Positions 50,897 to 62,759 of a DNA stretch of 64,000 nt are shown in pieces. The translations under genes and the position numbers were made by a program. Positions within the stretch are counted from its first letter, which is position 1, and the number at the start of each line of letters is the position of its first letter. The stretch covers positions 655,700 to 719,699 of the forward strand of contig NW_003314282.1 of NCBI RefSeq assembly GCF_000143415.4. The letters are read 5' to 3'. The DNA is from Selaginella moellendorffii. Its lineage: Eukaryota > Plantae > Lycopodiophyta. The notes beneath the pieces were generated by a model, which was given only the letters and a program-made list of their open reading frames with translations, did no database searches and had not been told where the DNA came from.

Positions 50897-53717
50897 ATGA
50901 AGAATGCGTCCTCGTCTTCTCTCCGCTACTGCTGGCGGCACCGGATTTCCTCGCGGCATTCTTCGTTTGTAGGTTGGAGTAGAGTAGGATTGCTCGATTC
51001 TTGCGTCAATCGCCGGTTTTTGAGGCGCGGGAGCTTCGTCCGGCAAGCGAACGCTGGATTGTCCTGGCGGGATAACCAGGCATTCGCGGAGAGGCGAGCT
51101 TACGCGACATCGGCCAAGATCAAGCACGGCTTCGTTTGCGAGAATTGTGGGACGATTCACGCGAAGTGGCATGGATTTTGCAACCAGTGTCGGCAGGCCA
51201 ATAGCTTGAAGGAGTTTACAAATGTAGTGAGTAGTGGGAGCAGTGGAGGAGGAGGAGGAGCTGGGGCGAGGGCAGTGGAAGGAGTGGGATTGGCCGATAG
51301 AGCCAGTGCCAATGGTGGGATTGTAGAGTTTGGAAAGAGGATGAATAGGCCTTACTTGGGAGCCAAGGCCGAGCTCAAGCCTCAACGCTTGGCCGAGATC
51401 ACAGCGTCCAAAAACCACTTGCATTGGCGGCTTTCACTGTAAGTTTCACTCCTTTCTAGCTGGTTTTGAAAGTTTCTTAATGGATTCTTCCACAGGCCTG
51501 GGAAGACGGGCTCGGAGATAGCCAGAGTTCTTGGAGGAGGTCTTGTTCCAGGTTGATTGAATTACTCCATCATTCAGTCTTTTCTTATGCTTACATCCTC
51601 CATATATTTGCAGGCTCTCTGATTCTCGTCAGTGGTGATCCTGGAGTTGGCAAAAGCACGTTGCTCTTGCAGGTTTGTGCTGGAATTTTTTTTGTCTCGC
51701 TCGAATGCATGTATTTTAACAGAACTATCCCAGTTGGCGGAGATTGTCTCAGTTGGGGCCGATGAAGCAGCTCCGGTCCTCTACATTTCTGGGGAGGAGG
51801 TAATAAATTTCAAAGTTGGATCCTTAAACATCAAGTCTTACTTTTTGTTCATTGTAGAGCGTTGAGCAAATCGGAAACAGAGCGGAGCGGCTAAAAATTG
51901 AGTCCAACGAGATCTTTATCCTGTCTGCTACAGATCTTGATGTAAGTTGTGTCGAGCTTTCAACTTTTATGACATGGTGGGTCTTGTAGGTTGTTCTTAC
52001 GTGGATTCAAGAAATTGTGCCGCGTGCTGTTGTGCTAGATTCTATCCAGACAGTCTATCTACCAGATGCTTCTGGAAGTGCAGGAAGTATTTCTCAGGTA
52101 CGCGAGAAAGCCCGAGCATTTTATTTAATCTCTTGCTTACCACGTAAGAGTTTTTCAGGTCAGAGAATGCACTTCGGCTTTGCTACGGGTAGCGAAGAAG
52201 ACAAACACTGCCATTTTTCTGGTGGGTATGTATGCTGGAATTTCTACCTGATAGACCATAACTATTGGCGATATAAAGATTGGGCATGTAACGAAATCTG
52301 GAGAAATAGCGGGGCCACGTACATTGGAGCACATGGTTGATGTTTGTCTTCACTTGGAGGTAAATGGTTTTTATCTTTGTTCGTTTGAGGTTGCCAAATA
52401 TTTATTGTCTCCAGGGAGACCGTCTTTTGTCTCAACGGCTTCTAAGATCACTAAAAAATCGCTTCGGTTCTACGAAAGAGGTGACTGTCTTTCAGCATTT
52501 GATTTTAAATTGAATCTTGCTGTTTTATCTTTATCACAGGTGGGCGTGTTTGAGATGGTCGACAACGGTTTACGAGCGGTAGAAAATCCCAGTTTGATGT
52601 TTCTCTCTGATAGAACTGGGGAGGACAGTAATGCATCAGCCACCGTTGGGGTGGCTTTGGAAGGATCTCGGCCGCTGCTGGTTGAAATCCAGGTAAGCGA
52701 CTTCTAGGATATACGTTGGGTGATGATACTTTTAGCCAAATCTGAGCGTTGTCTGGCTGCTCTAGCTTTCCAGGTTCAACGAGAGACTGGTGGTAGATTC
52801 TTTGGAATTTCCCGAGTTTCGAGTGAGCTGGACTGCCAAGAACAGTTTCTCTGACTTGCCATGATCTGACTTTAAAACCGAGAAGCGTATCTGACAACGA
52901 TCAAAAGCTAAAGTTTTCTCCGGCATGAACGCGCGTTTTGCAGGCCTTATGCTCTCCTGCCACTTCACTGCCAAGTAAAAGAACGTTCACTGGAGTGGAT
53001 CCATCTCGATTCAATCTGATTGTTGCCGTAAGTCACTCCATAAATATTCTCCACTCTTGTGAGGCTTGACGCTGTGATGCCAGGTCTTACTCAAACAAGC
53101 GCGCTTGAGACTTGCAAGACAGGTGCGCTTTGTACTTTGTGCTAGCAAAAGTTCTTTATGCTGAAATACTGCTCTAGGATATTTTTGTTAATGTTGTTGG
53201 AGGCTTTCGTTTGGAAGAGCCCGCTACAGATATTGCTGTTGCCGTCGCTATTGCCAGCAGGTACTTTCTCTCGACTAGCTGGGCTCACGAGCTTCGTCTT
53301 GCTTGCAGCTATATAGAAAGGCCGGTTCCTCGGGACACAGTCTTTGTTGGTGAGCTAGGACTCGGGGGAGAGCTGCGCTTTGTAAGTTCTTACGTGGTTT
53401 CTCACTTTTCAATGCTGGAAATTCCGTCCATGCAGGTAGCTCAACTCGAAAGGCGACTGTTTGAGGCATCCAAGCTGGGTTTCAAGAAATGCATCGTCCC
53501 ACAGGGTGCCAAAGGAGTCAAGGTGGACGGGATGGAGCTTATTCTTTGCTCGAGCCTCAAGGACGTTCTAGAGAAAGTCTTCAACTACAAGAGCCTGCCC
53601 CAGCAGCGAAAGAGTGGAGCCACGGTTCATTTGGATGCGTTTCCGGAAGAAGACGGGGTGTGTGGTGAGGTCCAAGTCGGTCAGGACGCTCTTGACGATG
53701 ATCTTGCTAATGGGTAA
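50897..53717 (+). CDS. RADA: Organellar DNA repair protein RadA/Sms
   Basis: C4 zinc finger FVCENCG...CNQC, GDPGVGKSTLLLQ, YISGEE, DSIQT, GHVTKSGEIAGPR, KNRFG, EGSRPLLVEIQ, GELGLGGELR. Confidence 0.96.
52714..52899 (+). ncRNA. Candidate intronic box C/D sno/scaRNA with U2 snRNA-complementary guides
   Basis: Terminal stem CGTTG/CAACG; C box GTGATGA 52720-52726; D' CTGA 52742-52745 after TTAGCCAAAT; D CTGA 52891-52894 after CCGAGAAGCGTAT; lies in an unusually long 251-nt intron. Confidence 0.75.
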
Positions 53718-54291
53718 TAAGCTTTTGCATCGTAAATTTTTTATCTCACAGGTGTACATATAATTTAGCAATTTTAAATGTTCCAAGGCTAGATCTAGCA
53801 ATATGATTGGCGGTCTTGATTGTTCTCTTAGCCTCAACAAGCATCACCCAGAAGAGGGTGGAGGGGCTGTGATTGTCTCCTACCTTGGACAGTGCTCGTG
53901 TGATCCCCTTCCTCGTTGTGTAGAGCTAGAACATTGCAACGCTGGAGTGGCTGCTTGGAACCAGTGGCACGTAGAGGATTGAGCCACAAGAAGAAGAGTG
54001 CATTGGAAATAAGGAGAGGCAGGTGAGGACAATCCATCCTTGACTGACTTTAAAGCAATGCAATGAATATGCTTGTTATTAATAATGTAGAATACATTAA
54101 TGTTTTTTAGTTTTATAGTTTTATATAAAAATAAGAAATTAAAAAAACATTATTTTAATTAAAATTATTTCTCCATAATATTTTCTTTAATTTTTTTTAT
54201 AAAAATGTTACTATTAATTGTCCATATCTTCTATTTTTAAAATTGCAAATACTATGTAATTTGAGAAAAATACATTATTTTTTTATATAAG

Positions 54292-54860
54292 TGTAAGTTC
54301 CTACATTTAGACTTCTCGGGAGATCATCAGAGCTTAGTACTATTTAAATCCAAGGATGTTTAACTCCAACTATCCCAAGACCCTTAACCGTTTGAAAAAA
54401 AAAATGCATTCATAAGCCTTTTCCTTTTATATTTGAACTTTATGGATAATCTTTTAAATTTGTTTATAATCCACCACGCTTTCCTGCAAATTCATGCTCT
54501 CGTGAATAAAAGTTGAAAGCTACAACTCTCCTGAGAGCCCTGCTCTCTTGACACCCTACCCCTCAGGTCAAGTCTAGCTGAATCAAATTAGACTAACCAG
54601 ATGTCAATCAACATATAATGTGATTCTCTTATTCAACCAATAGAATTAGACTTGAGACTGCTCTGATACCAAATGTAAGCTCATGAATTTGGATTTCTCA
54701 GGAGGTTATTTATTATTCAAATCCAAAAATGCTTAATCCCAAATATCCCAAGACCCTTAATCAATTAGAAAAAAGGTGCACTTTTATTCATAGGCCCTTT
54801 TTCTATATATTTAAACCCATATAGATCATTTTTCAAATTGTTCCCTTTAGTTGTTTATAA
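54292..54860 (-). mobile_element. Degenerate TRIM-like miniature LTR element
   Basis: Related repeats starting TGTAAG at 54292 and 54674, the first ending TGACA at 54553; 120-bp interior with PPT AGGGGTAGGG and perfect Met PBS TGGTATCAGAGC (54660-54671). Confidence 0.65.
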
Positions 54861-55180
54861 TAAAGTTTTGATGATGGAGTGAGGATGAGTAAATATGGTG
54901 ATGGAGTAAGGATAAATAATATGTATTATGGAATGAGGATAAATATAATGAGTTTAAATGAAATATTTATAACCCAATGCAATGACGTTAAACAAATACG
55001 ATAGTGGAATGAATTGAGGATCAACATAATAAATCCAAATGAATTAATGCTTTAAAGCTCTTTTTCTTTTGAGAAAGGGATAACAGGGATGTAAAAGATA
55101 ACCCAAGTGAGTGTGAACGAAAATAAGAGCTGTAGTTATCCTGAAAATTTTATTATAGGCTTTTTTTCTTAAATTTAAAT

Positions 55181-55681
55181 NNNNNNNNNNNNNNNNNNNN
55201 NNNNNNNNNNNNNNNNNNNNNNNNNNNNNNNNNNNNNNNNNNNNNNNNNNNNNNNNNNNNNNNNNNNNNNNNNNNNNNNNNNNNNNNNNNNNNNNNNNNN
55301 NNNNNNNNNNNNNNNNNNNNNNNNNNNNNNNNNNNNNNNNNNNNNNNNNNNNNNNNNNNNNNNNNNNNNNNNNNNNNNNNNNNNNNNNNNNNNNNNNNNN
55401 NNNNNNNNNNNNNNNNNNNNNNNNNNNNNNNNNNNNNNNNNNNNNNNNNNNNNNNNNNNNNNNNNNNNNNNNNNNNNNNNNNNNNNNNNNNNNNNNNNNN
55501 NNNNNNNNNNNNNNNNNNNNNNNNNNNNNNNNNNNNNNNNNNNNNNNNNNNNNNNNNNNNNNNNNNNNNNNNNNNNNNNNNNNNNNNNNNNNNNNNNNNN
55601 NNNNNNNNNNNNNNNNNNNNNNNNNNNNNNNNNNNNNNNNNNNNNNNNNNNNNNNNNNNNNNNNNNNNNNNNNNNNNNNNN
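55181..55681. other. Assembly gap
   Basis: Run of N. Confidence 1.
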
Positions 55682-55970
55682 CCTCACTCGCCACCCATCG
55701 AGCCCATCTCCAGATGCAAATCGCGTATCTTCTCCCTGCTCCGGAAGATTATACTGTAAAACACTTCAACCATACACAAGACCCTGTATATGCATAGCTT
55801 ATCTCTATTTATCCCCTAAAGTTATAAGGATCCACACTGACAGTCTGTTGTAATCTCATCCCATAATCATATACGCTATAAATAAAGTATAAATATCATT
55901 TAACTATGAAATTTTAAAGAGTTAACTATAGATATCCTATTTCTACTGGCCATAATTTATGGGTATTAAA

Positions 55971-55982
55971 TATGTATGTATG

Positions 55983-56077
<95 letters not shown>

Positions 56078-56116
56078 GTATATGTATATGTATATATATA
56101 TGTATATATATATGTA

Positions 56117-56185
<69 letters not shown>
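55971..56185. repeat. (TA)n / TATG microsatellite
   Basis: Direct reading. Confidence 0.97.
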
Positions 56186-56559
56186 TACCTTACTTGGGAA
56201 TTATAGTACCATAGCATATAAATTGTTCAATTGGGCGTGAATCTAATTCATCCATTCCTGTATATAAGCAGGGTTCTAAACCCCATTTAGTATACTTATA
56301 TCTCAAAGCTTTATATTTTTAATTTATTAAATAGCTTATTTCTCAATTTTTAATTCAAATAGAGTGGAGCTAGTGAATTATTTTTTCTTTATTTGCACAT
56401 TATTTCTTTATTTACCATTTTCTAGTGGTAGTGATAAATATTAGCCAATGAAGGTTTACCCTAACCTTTGCATTATTTTATTTTAAATGTCTTTTAAACC
56501 ATTATCATTAAAGACTTATTTCTATCCTCTCAAGATAAAATTATCCCTTCAAAATATTC

Positions 56560-57801
56560 TCATTGATCTTTGCTAAAAAAGCCATCGGAAGTGACTGGAA
56601 AGGGAGGTCTGTTGCTCCGACAAGATACGTAGCAATCATAATCCAAAAACGCAAGGAGGTCTGTTGCAGCTACCCAGGCTCTCCAGGTGGGTTCGTCCTT
56701 TATGACAAAGTGAACCTACAATTTCAAACAACAGAATAACAAAGGCATGTCTAAGCCAGGGCAGGTTACCTCAATGGACGCTTCAGCACTTTTGAGTGCC
56801 TTTTGTACGCTTTCTACAGCAATCCGTGCCACTTTATCCACTGGAAACCTGAAACACCATGCAAACTCAGTATACACAAGAGGTAAGGTGTGAGTACAAA
56901 CCCGCCAGATCCGCATGAGATAGCTGGGAGTGCTATATGCTTAACGCCCTCCTTGCAAGCAAATGTTATAGCGTTCCTGTAATAGCAAAAGCACAATGTA
57001 TCAAATTTGCTACACACTCCAGCGTACCCGTAAGTGAGACCAAGTTGTCTGGCAGCTTCCGTCTCCCTGTCTTTGGAGTATCTTGTGCCTGGAGTAGCAA
57101 TGATTTTAGATAGTCCCTCTGAAGGGCTGAGAAACAAGTCAGTTAAAAAGTTAAAATATAAGGAAAGACAGTTACATGATCTCCAAGGCAGTAAACCTCG
57201 AACCAGTAGTAGCAAAACATATTTCTGAAAAAAGAAAAGTCAAAAGCTCTAAACACCCTTTTGCCTTACCCTGGTGTATCTGACCTCCAACAGGAATTAC
57301 GATAGCATCATTCTTTCCGTCCACAAACCACTCTAGTATGTCCCCACTTTTAATCACAAACTTGCAAGAGCCGACTTTACAAACAAGCTTGAGGTCCTTT
57401 TCCTGATCAAAAGCCACTATATTTATTCGGAAAAACAAAAAAAAAAGAGAGGTAAATTTGAAGCATTATTACCTTGAGGTCCATCAGCCTTATGCAGGGG
57501 TCCCTGGGACGTCGGGGCTCGCAAGAGGTAACGGATTTGGGTACTTGAGGGTTCCCATTGACTGAGAACAGTAATATCGTTATATAGCTATAGCTAGTTT
57601 ACTGTACGTACCTAGGGGGCGCAAACCATGGGGTCTAACACCATATAACTCTACCATCTCTTCTTCGTCTTCAGGCTCATCTTCGTCTTCAGACTCAGAT
57701 TCATCAGGAGGCTCGGAATATATATCGATTGGGCCTTCCTCTTTGTCCTCTGCGGCACTGTGTAGCTGTCCACTCACATCTTGAGTCATTCCAGAGGCCA
57801 C
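56560..57801 (-). CDS. Second, highly divergent macrodomain protein with acidic N-terminus (5' end uncertain)
   Basis: KSGDILEWFVDGKNDAIV, IIATPGTRY, HIALPAISCGSG, FPVDKVARIAVESV, VHFV; short GT-AG introns. Confidence 0.75.
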
Positions 57802-58089
57802 TTTCTGTCGCAGCAGCTCTCCAACGGGAACTACTGCGAATGTCCTGCATTCATCGGTCCCTACATCGGCAATCTGGCAGCAAGCTTCCTCGAGGCCCTG
57901 TACTAGTTCGCACGTTACAAGCTGGTTTGCAGATCGAAACTATACAATACTCACAAGTGCGTCAATCCGAGTGGTGAAAACGCTAGTATAATCACTATCC
58001 ATGTGACACTCTAGGTGTCTTGATGCAACAATAAGATAGGAGTCTGCTGTAGTCAGCCGCTCCTGTGTGCACAAAGAATAACAAATTTC

Positions 58090-58703
58090 AACGAAAGGGT
58101 GAGTACCTTGTGGTAGTAAAAAGGTAGACTGCTGCTTTGCGGGGGACTAGCATTTTTCAGACGGTAGAGAGAACTTGGACGGGTCAGCCTCTCGTCCTTC
58201 CCACTTCGGCACAGTATCACCGACGCAAGGGCCTCGCCAAACACATACACATGTGCGTCTCCAAGCACCACCACCAAGGACCTGGTTTGGGCACACCAAT
58301 CCTATAACCAAAACCAAACCAAACATTCACAGCAACAGAAGTAATCAAACAAGAAGAGAGATTACCACATACCCAGCAATCTGATGTTCCCACCAGAGCC
58401 CGCAGCTCGTAATTCATGCTGCAAAAGAACCGCCCGTCTTTTTAAAAAGTACAACGCACATATTCTTACTTTCTGAATGCGAGCTCCAAAGCTTGTGGCG
58501 TACCGCACGTTGACTGCTCGAATGTGGTCCATGAGTCGATATCGGCGTAACTTGAGAAGTTCGAGATGTACAGAATACAGGTGCGTATCTCTTACGTCCG
58601 GGTAAGCTGCATGGAAAATTACCACAACGCGCTCCTGCACTCTCCCTATCTCTGCCAAGCACACCACACAACTCGTCATATCCTGGGCCGGCTCGACCAT
58701 CAC
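58090..58703 (-). CDS. Unknown spliced gene (or upstream exons of the macrodomain gene)
   Basis: ATG just beyond telo-box-like motifs, CVVC motif, plausible short GT-AG introns; frame not resolved. Confidence 0.3.
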
Positions 58704-58796
58704 TGCCTCCGTCGCCAGCCTTCTGTTGGGTTAGGGTTATTGATTAAATACCCTAAAACCCTGAAATTAGGGGCTCAATCCATACCCTTTTGGGTA

Positions 58797-60355
58797 ATGG
58801 CGGCGGATAAAAAGCGCCTGGATCCAACAATGGAGCCGGGCTACAATCCTGCTCAGGCTGGGTAAGTGTCTCGGTCATTTAGCAATCTCATCCGCTTCTT
58901 CTTTAGCTGGTATTCTTGGTGGGAGGCGTGTGGATTTTTTGGAGCGGATGCGGCCAATGCGTTTGAATAATTTGGGAACTTGGTTGAAGGACGCAAGCAG
59001 CTGTACAGAATTTTGTTTCTCCGTTCATGCTGTGATTTATTTTCTTTCTCGTCCAGGCAACACTCTGCAGGACTTTCAAGCAGTCCAGAAGAAAGAATTG
59101 GAAGCAGTGTATACACCCTTCGTCCCTGAAGCCTTCGAGGTACTTGCTTGATCACGTAAATCAAGTTCCTGATTTCCAGCTTCTTATTACACAAACCTTA
59201 CTTCAGTCGAGAAGATCGTACGTCAAACAGCTTGATTGATCCGCCTTCCATAGCAACAGCAAATACCAGGCCTTGTTGATCATACGCCATAGACGGCCTT
59301 CCCCGGACTCTAAGAAGATCCTCGCTTTCCAGCCGCAGAGGTTATCAAAGGCGCGTGCTATGGGAGAAATGCTTACAGCCACATACGTAAATCTTGCTGG
59401 CCACAAACTTTGCGTGCTTTCCAGACATCCAGGAATAGAACAGCAATCAATCGCAAAAGCCACCAGTACCAGCGGACGCATCAGAATGTGCAAAGATTTC
59501 TTGCAGCAGTGCTTTCACTTGGAAGACCGACTGCGAGCCAAGTACAATCCCAATCCCGTGCTAAGCTGGCGAAACCTTGTCGTTGGGTATACAAGACTGA
59601 CAAGAACACAGCGATTTCGCTAAAGAAACTCTGCAGAGTAAAATACATCGCTTCCAAGTGGTTCTCTCTGACAATCTTACTCTCGTTCTCCACAGCGAAC
59701 TTACATCCAAGGTAGTTCCGCGCCTACTTCATGAACTTGTTCAAGAACTTGCGATGGAAATCACTCCTGATCGTATCGTTGATGAAGCGCTTCACCTACT
59801 TGGTAGCCTGGTGCTTGAACACCACATCGTCCTCTACACGGCAGACGAGCCGCCGCCACCACCGCGGCGACGTCGGTGCCAAATTGCTCTTGCGAGCTTG
59901 AATCTTCGGCATCTGGCCCAAGATGGTTAACGTGGACAAAGTTCGCAACCAACCGCTTCTAGGAACTGTCGTGGTTTGATACTGAGCTGAAGATTGGAGA
60001 AGAGCCTCCCCAGCTTGTCAAGAGGTCCCTCAAGCAGTGCTGTGGTCTTGTGCTGGAAGATGATGGCATGTCGAAGATGGTCTTGCACAGGTACGATGAA
60101 AACTACGGTTGTAATGCACGCTGCAGTGACAGAATCGAGATTCAACTTCTGCAAAGCTCGAGCAATCCAAACGAGCTCGAAGGGAAGGTTGAAGGAGAAG
60201 GGGAGCACATAGCTCCACTCAAGATGACCTCTAGCAACTCCTCTAAGCTCAAGAATCCTAACTTACAACACTATGCTTTTCAATATCCATTTAATGCAAG
60301 AACTTCCTTTGATAGCAACAGTGAATACAGTCTAAGACTAGGAGGGTTGGAATAG
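58797..60355 (+). CDS. Unknown spliced gene or pseudogene
   Basis: MAADKKRLDP start, exon-like segments separated by short GT-AG introns; an apparent in-frame stop near 59236; no recognised family. Confidence 0.35.
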
Positions 60356-60371
60356 CGGGAAAAAGACGGCT

Positions 60372-61353
60372 TTACACCTTCTTGACGCCATTTGGATGGA
60401 TCTCTGCCGCGAACTGGACGCTGTCGACGATCTTCGCCCCGCGTGCGGCAGTGAGATACAATCCCATATGGTGCGCGAGATCCTGCGCATCAATTCACCA
60501 AATCAATCACGGTAGGATATTTGAGGAAATGTTTCATACTTGTGGATGCGCCACAGCTCCAATTTCCTTCGCAACTGCCAGAGGCAAATCATAGGTGGAG
60601 CATCCTTGAGCGTAGACCACGATTTCTTCCAGCGGTGGCGAGATCCCGTGGTTCCTGACCGAGGTCATCGTCGCCACGAAATCTAGCACACAAATGTCCG
60701 TGCAAACCCCCACCACCAAGATCTGGAAGAATTTTAAAGCAAGCCTTTCTTCTTGGACAAAGAAAGAATTTTTCCTTACCCGTTTAATCTTGTTTGCGTT
60801 GATCCAGTCCACGACCGTGTTGGATCCATCTGGTCTCATCGCTCCCACAAATCCATTAATGCAATCCTTTCGCACGAGCACAACCCCGTCATCGTCCTCG
60901 AGCCACTTAAGGTCTGATCCAAGCGAAGAATCACTAGATAGCGATCGAAATCGACGAGATTTTTCGAGGGCACCGACCTGGGACGAGTTCTTCCTCTCCA
61001 GAGCCCACAAGGCAATGCGGAGGATACGGATTCTCCGGCTTGTTTGGGTCGTGGCAATCCATAAACGCGAGAACAGGCAAGTGCCTGGATCGAAATTCTC
61101 TGGCGATCCTCACGGTCTCGTCGACCATGCGCTCCACTTGAGCATCTGGGGCCCGAGGAGCCTGCATAGATCAATAAGAACGTCGAGCGAGAGAGTGGAT
61201 TCCTCTACTGACCAGATTTCCGTGACCAACGGTGCAGAATCCGTTGACTTCGTCGAGGACGACGAGCCCAGTTCGCTCGTCATCCCCAATTCTAATGCAC
61301 AAGTGCTCCATCCGGACAGGGAGCTCCGCCTTCACCCACGAAATCAAATCCAT
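60372..61353 (-). CDS. NIC1: Nicotinamidase (isochorismatase family)
   Basis: GLVVLDEVNGFCTVG.GNLAP, DCH...PENPYPPHC, RKDCINGF, VVGVCTDICVLDFV, CSTYD, HHMGLY...RGAKIV. Confidence 0.93.
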
Positions 61354-62759
61354 GATGCAGCGATGACGGTGACGAACCCTAAATATGTATAAAATTCTTT
61401 CAAGCAAAGCATGAAAGTTTGACTCTTTTACCACTATTATCTGATCTGAGTATCAAATGGAGGGTAGGGATTGAAATGGATTTGCACAACAGCACAACAT
61501 GAAATGTTGTCATTAAGCATTTGTTTTAGTTTATAACTAAGTTAGAGTTTTTGTAATTTTTGCTAATGGTTAAGTACCCTGGAAAAATGTTCTTGAAAAA
61601 TGAATTTTAATAATGTTATGTATACTCAATAAGTGCTATAAAACGTTGACATGTGTTGTTTGATGACTTTTATGATTATTTAAAAACCTATCTAAATATT
61701 TGAATTTATAGCTCAATTTTGTAAAATGTGCTACTAAGATGTTGATAATGGGGATACAATTGGAATATATTATGAGTTGTTTTTGCTAGTTACTATAGTA
61801 ATACCGAACCTGTAGTAATTATTAATAGAATATTAGGTTTTTAAAGCTTTCATAAAATTAGATGGTCATTTACTTTTAATAATAATAATAATATTAAAAA
61901 TAAATAAATAAGAAAATTATATATTTTTATTAAATTGCATAATATTTGTAAAATACCAGAAAATTAATATTAACATTTATAAAATTAATGTGGATGAATA
62001 ATTTTAATTATAATATTAATTAAAAATAATATTTAATTTAATTTCTAGTCCAACAATTATCAAAATCCCACTATGTTAATATTAATATATGGCATTATAA
62101 TTGTATACTTGGACCTTACATCATTCCTTCCTCTCATAATGATGAAAAACAATCAAGGTTCTTTAATATATGGGTTGGAATCTAGAAGAATATTAGGAAG
62201 ATGTATCGGTGAATCTGTAAGTAGTGCCACTTGTTACAACTCTCTTGTATAAAGTGGTTTAGCTATTGCATATCCATAATTTCTGGAGGATCAACCTATT
62301 AAATGTCATACCAAATTTTATAAATTTGCAGTTTAACTTGCTAGAACACTTGATATTAAACAAATTACATACGATAAAATTGGGAAAATAAATTAACACT
62401 AAGTCATTTATTTTATACTTCACAAGGGGATGATAATAGGAGTTATAATGCCATTCTTGTCCCATTTGTAAGCAGCCCAATGTCAAATTCAATTCATTTG
62501 CATTTTTATTTAAAGCAATTCTTATGTATTATAATGATTTACTGTGATAGCAAACATAATATAAAATATTTTGTTAAATGTTATTCCTAGAATCAAACTT
62601 TGAACACTTAATTAGTTTTAATGGCAAAAATTATATAAAATTCAACTGTGTTTAAAACTTTTAATTGTACTTTATTGAATGCCAAATTAATTTGATCATC
62701 TAGATTTAAGGACATTAATACTATGTATTAGAGTGATATAATAATAATATATTCTAATT

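Noticed and set aside
55044-56240. Poly-X and YIYI ORFs
   Set aside because: Artefacts of the N gap and the TA microsatellite
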